A DNA stretch of 64,000 bases, taken from contig NW_003314326.1 in the NCBI RefSeq assembly GCF_000143415.4, positions 372,001-436,000 on the forward strand, in the 5' to 3' direction. The translations under genes and the position numbers were made by a program. The notes beneath the pieces were generated by a model. It made no database searches and was not told the DNA's origin. It saw only the letters and a program-made list of their open reading frames with translations. The DNA is from Selaginella moellendorffii (lineage: Eukaryota > Plantae > Lycopodiophyta). This document shows, piece by piece, positions 60,725 to 64,000 of this stretch. The number at the start of each line of letters is the position of its first letter. The stretch's first letter is position 1.

Positions 60725-63700
60725 TATGAGGGCCAAATGTACAGTTACGATGCCGTATACTAATATTAGCATAGTGGGATTTTGGTAATTGTCAAATTGG
60801 TTTCAATCTGGACCACTCACTCTTATATATAAGCTAGGGTTTTTGGGCTAATTGATATGCAAATTTTTTGTATTCCCTTTCCATATTCCAAACATTCACA
60901 TTGGTGGAGGTGAGGGGCACCTTTGATTGTCCCTAAGGAGTGTTTGGATTTGGGATTTTGGTTTAGATCTAATTTTTGCATCGTCTACATCTAGCTTTTT
61001 CCATTTCCTTTTTTTTGTTCTTTCCTTTCAGAATTTTGGTTTAGATTTAGCTTTTTGCATTGTTTAGATCTACCATTTCCTTCTAGCTTTTTTGTCATTT
61101 CTCTTCTTTTGCTCTTTCTTTTTTGTTCACCTTCATGACAGATCAACAATCTCCTCCTTTGACTTTGGAGCAGCAATTGATACAATTACTTGATGCTATA
61201 CGCTTGCAATTGAACAACCAAACTCAATTCATGGTGGCATTTATGACACATGGTCCAACTCCTCTTGCTCTTGGTGTCAATCCTCGTGTTCGGCTGGAGT
61301 TTTTTCGCGGGAATCCTGGGGATGATGTGTATCATTGGTTTGATCACTTCACGATGATTGCCACATATCATTCTTGGGATGATGCTCGACGTTTACGTGA
61401 GTTTCCCATGTGTTTCCAAGGGACGGCGTTGCAATGGTACAATGGTTTAAGCGTAACCACTCATGGGGATTGGAGTATTCTTTTGGACGTCTTCAAATGC
61501 GCCTTCGAACATGCTGACAATTGTGATGATGCCTTCCAACAATTGCATCATCTTCACCAAGGGCCATATGAGTTGGTAATGCAATTTGGTGTTCGTTTCT
61601 GAAGTCTTTTGCTTCGTGCAAAGCTAAATATGTCGGAGTGGATTAAGCTAGGAATGTTGTGGCCAGCACTTCATCAAAATCTTGTCATACTTGTGCAAGC
61701 ACTTGCTCCCGCCACCCTTGATGATGCTCTTTGCTTGGCACAACATTATGAGACGTTGCCTCTTCCACTTCTCGCTGCATGTCCTTTAGCTCCACTTCTT
61801 ATGGGTGATGGTTTTGTTCCAATGGAGGTTGCTGCTTGAGTCCAAGGACAAGGGCAAGGACATGGTCATGGCCATGATGTTCGCTGTTGAATGTGTGATA
61901 AAGTTGGTCATACTTATCAGCGTTGTCGGCGTTTTCCGAATTAGCAACCTCCATTTCTTGGGTGGAGACCTTGGTGTCAGCAACGTCTCATTGGTGTTGC
62001 TGCAGTGGAAGGTCAGGACACTAAGCTACATCTGGGAAACAAAGAGTCGCACGAGTAACAGAGGGACCTTGCACGAATAAGTTAGTGACCCCTCCATTTT
62101 TTTTTCAGGAGTATCATCAAGGGGTTCATTCGGCACCGGTTCATCTAATGTTTATTTTCCAAGCTTGTTTTTATAACAAGAGGTCTCCTATTATTCTCTC
62201 CATGTTGGTTGATACAAATTTGAGTTTATCTTTTATTGCTCGACCTGTTACCACACGTTGCCGTCTACACTTGCGTCGTGCAGTGGAACCAGTTTTCATT
62301 CTTTATGGCAACAGATGTACACATGTATGTGTATAAGATGAAGCAGACCTGGTTGTGCGTGTGGGCGATCTCGAGCTTGAGTTGCAGTCATTTCAGGTGG
62401 TGCTGAGTCAAGCTTTTGACCTCATTCTTGGTATGGATTGATTGCAGCACAATCATGCCAAGTGTGACTTTAAAGCTTTTTTCCCTTGTCTCATACTTCC
62501 TTATGTTTCATCTATTCCTCTCACTTTCATACTTCTTCGTCCCTTTACTTCTACCTCTGCTTCCATTACTTTTGATCCCCAATTATTTCCTCTTATGTTT
62601 CTATATTGTTCTGCTCTTTCCTTTTCCGATCCCTCTAACAATCTTTATGTTGCAGCGGTTGACCAACTCATGAAGGAGTATTTTGATCTTTTTGAATTTG
62701 ACTTATCGTCTAGGGCCACGATTACCACATGTCATCCAATTCCAATTGGGGATGCTCGTCCAATTAAGGTTCTTATTCATCGTCAATCACCCAAGGAGAT
62801 CAAGATTTTACATGCAAATGTTAAGGAAATGATAGAGAAGGGTGTTATTTAGAAGTCATGGAGTCCTTGGGCATGTGAACCTCATCTTATGACGAAGCCT
62901 GATAGGAGTATTTGTTTCTGCATTGACTATCGTCCGTTAAACAAAGTGACGATCCTAGATGTGTACCCTCTTCCTCACACTGCTGATCTCTTGGATCATC
63001 TGGGGCGAAGTCGTTGGTTCACCAAGCTAGATTTTGCTTTTGGGTACTAGCAAGTATTGATGGCCAAAGAAGATATTCCTAAAACTGTTTTTCGTACATC
63101 ATTTGGTTTGTATGAGTTCTTGGTGATGCCGTTTGGTTTGAACAATGCTCCAGCAACTTTTCAGTAAATGATAGATGAGGTTTTTTGTGATATGCCGGAA
63201 GTGACTACTAACTTCATTGATGATGTCTTGATCCACTCGAAGGGGATGTGGGAGGAGCATGTTTGTGATGTTTGTAAAGTGTTGGATCGGCTACAAGATA
63301 TTGGTTTAAAGTTGAAGCAGTCGAAGTGCGTATTTGGGTCCAAGGACACAACTTATCTTGGGTATTGTATTTCTTGTGAAGGTTTGCAAGTTGATCTTGA
63401 CAAACTTGTGGCTATTCTAAAGTTCCCTACTCCAAAGTGTGTGAATGATGTGCAACACTTCTTAGGCAAGGCGCAATATCTTGGTCTTTTTATAGATTAT
63501 TTTTCTGATCGCACAACACCATTGCAAACGTTGTTGAAGTCATTAACGTCATTTTTCATTTGGTCTTTGGATTGTGAGTGGGCGTTCGTGGATCTCAAAA
63601 AGATATTGATGACTCCTCCAGTTTTGGCATATTTTGACTACACTCGACCTTTTATTTTGCACATGGATGCTTTTGACATAGGTCTTGGAGTTGTGTTAAT

Positions 63701-64000
63701 GCAAGAGAGCTCGAGTGTGCCTGGTCAGCACCATCCCATTGCGCATATAAACTGTATATTACAACCAATGGAGATGAACTACTTCACGACAGAGAAGGAG
63801 TGTTTAGCAGCAGTCTGGGGTTTTGATAAGCTTCATGCATATCTACATGGTTCTCAAATGTTACTTGAAGGTGATCATGCTACTGTTACTTCATTATTGA
63901 AGTGGAAGAACTTGGTTGGTCGTACTGCTCGATGGGCTTTGAAGCTTCAGATAAATGACTTTGATGTTGTTCATCGCCCAGGGAGTTCTATGGCTGATGG
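60725..64000 (+). mobile_element. Ty3/gypsy element with short LTR and non-Met PBS, decayed, runs off the window
   Basis: LTR 60725-60900 and PBS TGGTGGAGGTGAGGGG (tRNA-Ala-like). gag (WFDHF...FQGTALQWY), protease (MLVDTN), RT (FCIDYRPLN; FIDDVLIHS) and RNase H are present with multiple stops. Confidence 0.9.

Overview
Eukaryotic land-plant genomic DNA, most likely the lycophyte Selaginella. This is an inference from the abundant SS-type PLS PPR genes, the 50-60 nt introns and the very tight gene spacing. GC-rich gene islands alternate with AT-rich nested Ty3/gypsy debris, and there is one assembly gap. Island 1 (1-8.5 kb) holds four PPR genes. 11-25 kb is a decayed chromovirus carrying a young non-autonomous LTR element and short LTRs with a 5S-rRNA-derived core (Cassandra-like). 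30.6-33.4 kb is an intact PLS-DYW RNA-editing factor. 35-48.6 kb and 60.7-64 kb hold more gypsy remnants, a TRIM with a tandem array, and an inverted duplicate of the 8.3-10.5 kb block (PPR tail plus an AT-rich bulb-lectin gene). Island 2 (49.5-59 kb) is the most unusual part. It contains a fasciclin-like AGP, a PPR with an N-terminal 'MPFGRY-G' (DUF3820/ExoX-C-like) module, and a spliced Nup155-derived gene fused in frame to a fungal-type DUF3669-like kinase-fold domain (frameshifted here). It also contains a tandem pair of intact genes encoding only the C-terminal RecA domain of an eIF4A-III-like helicase plus an NLS-like tail. All family assignments are from recalled motif similarity; no searches were run.
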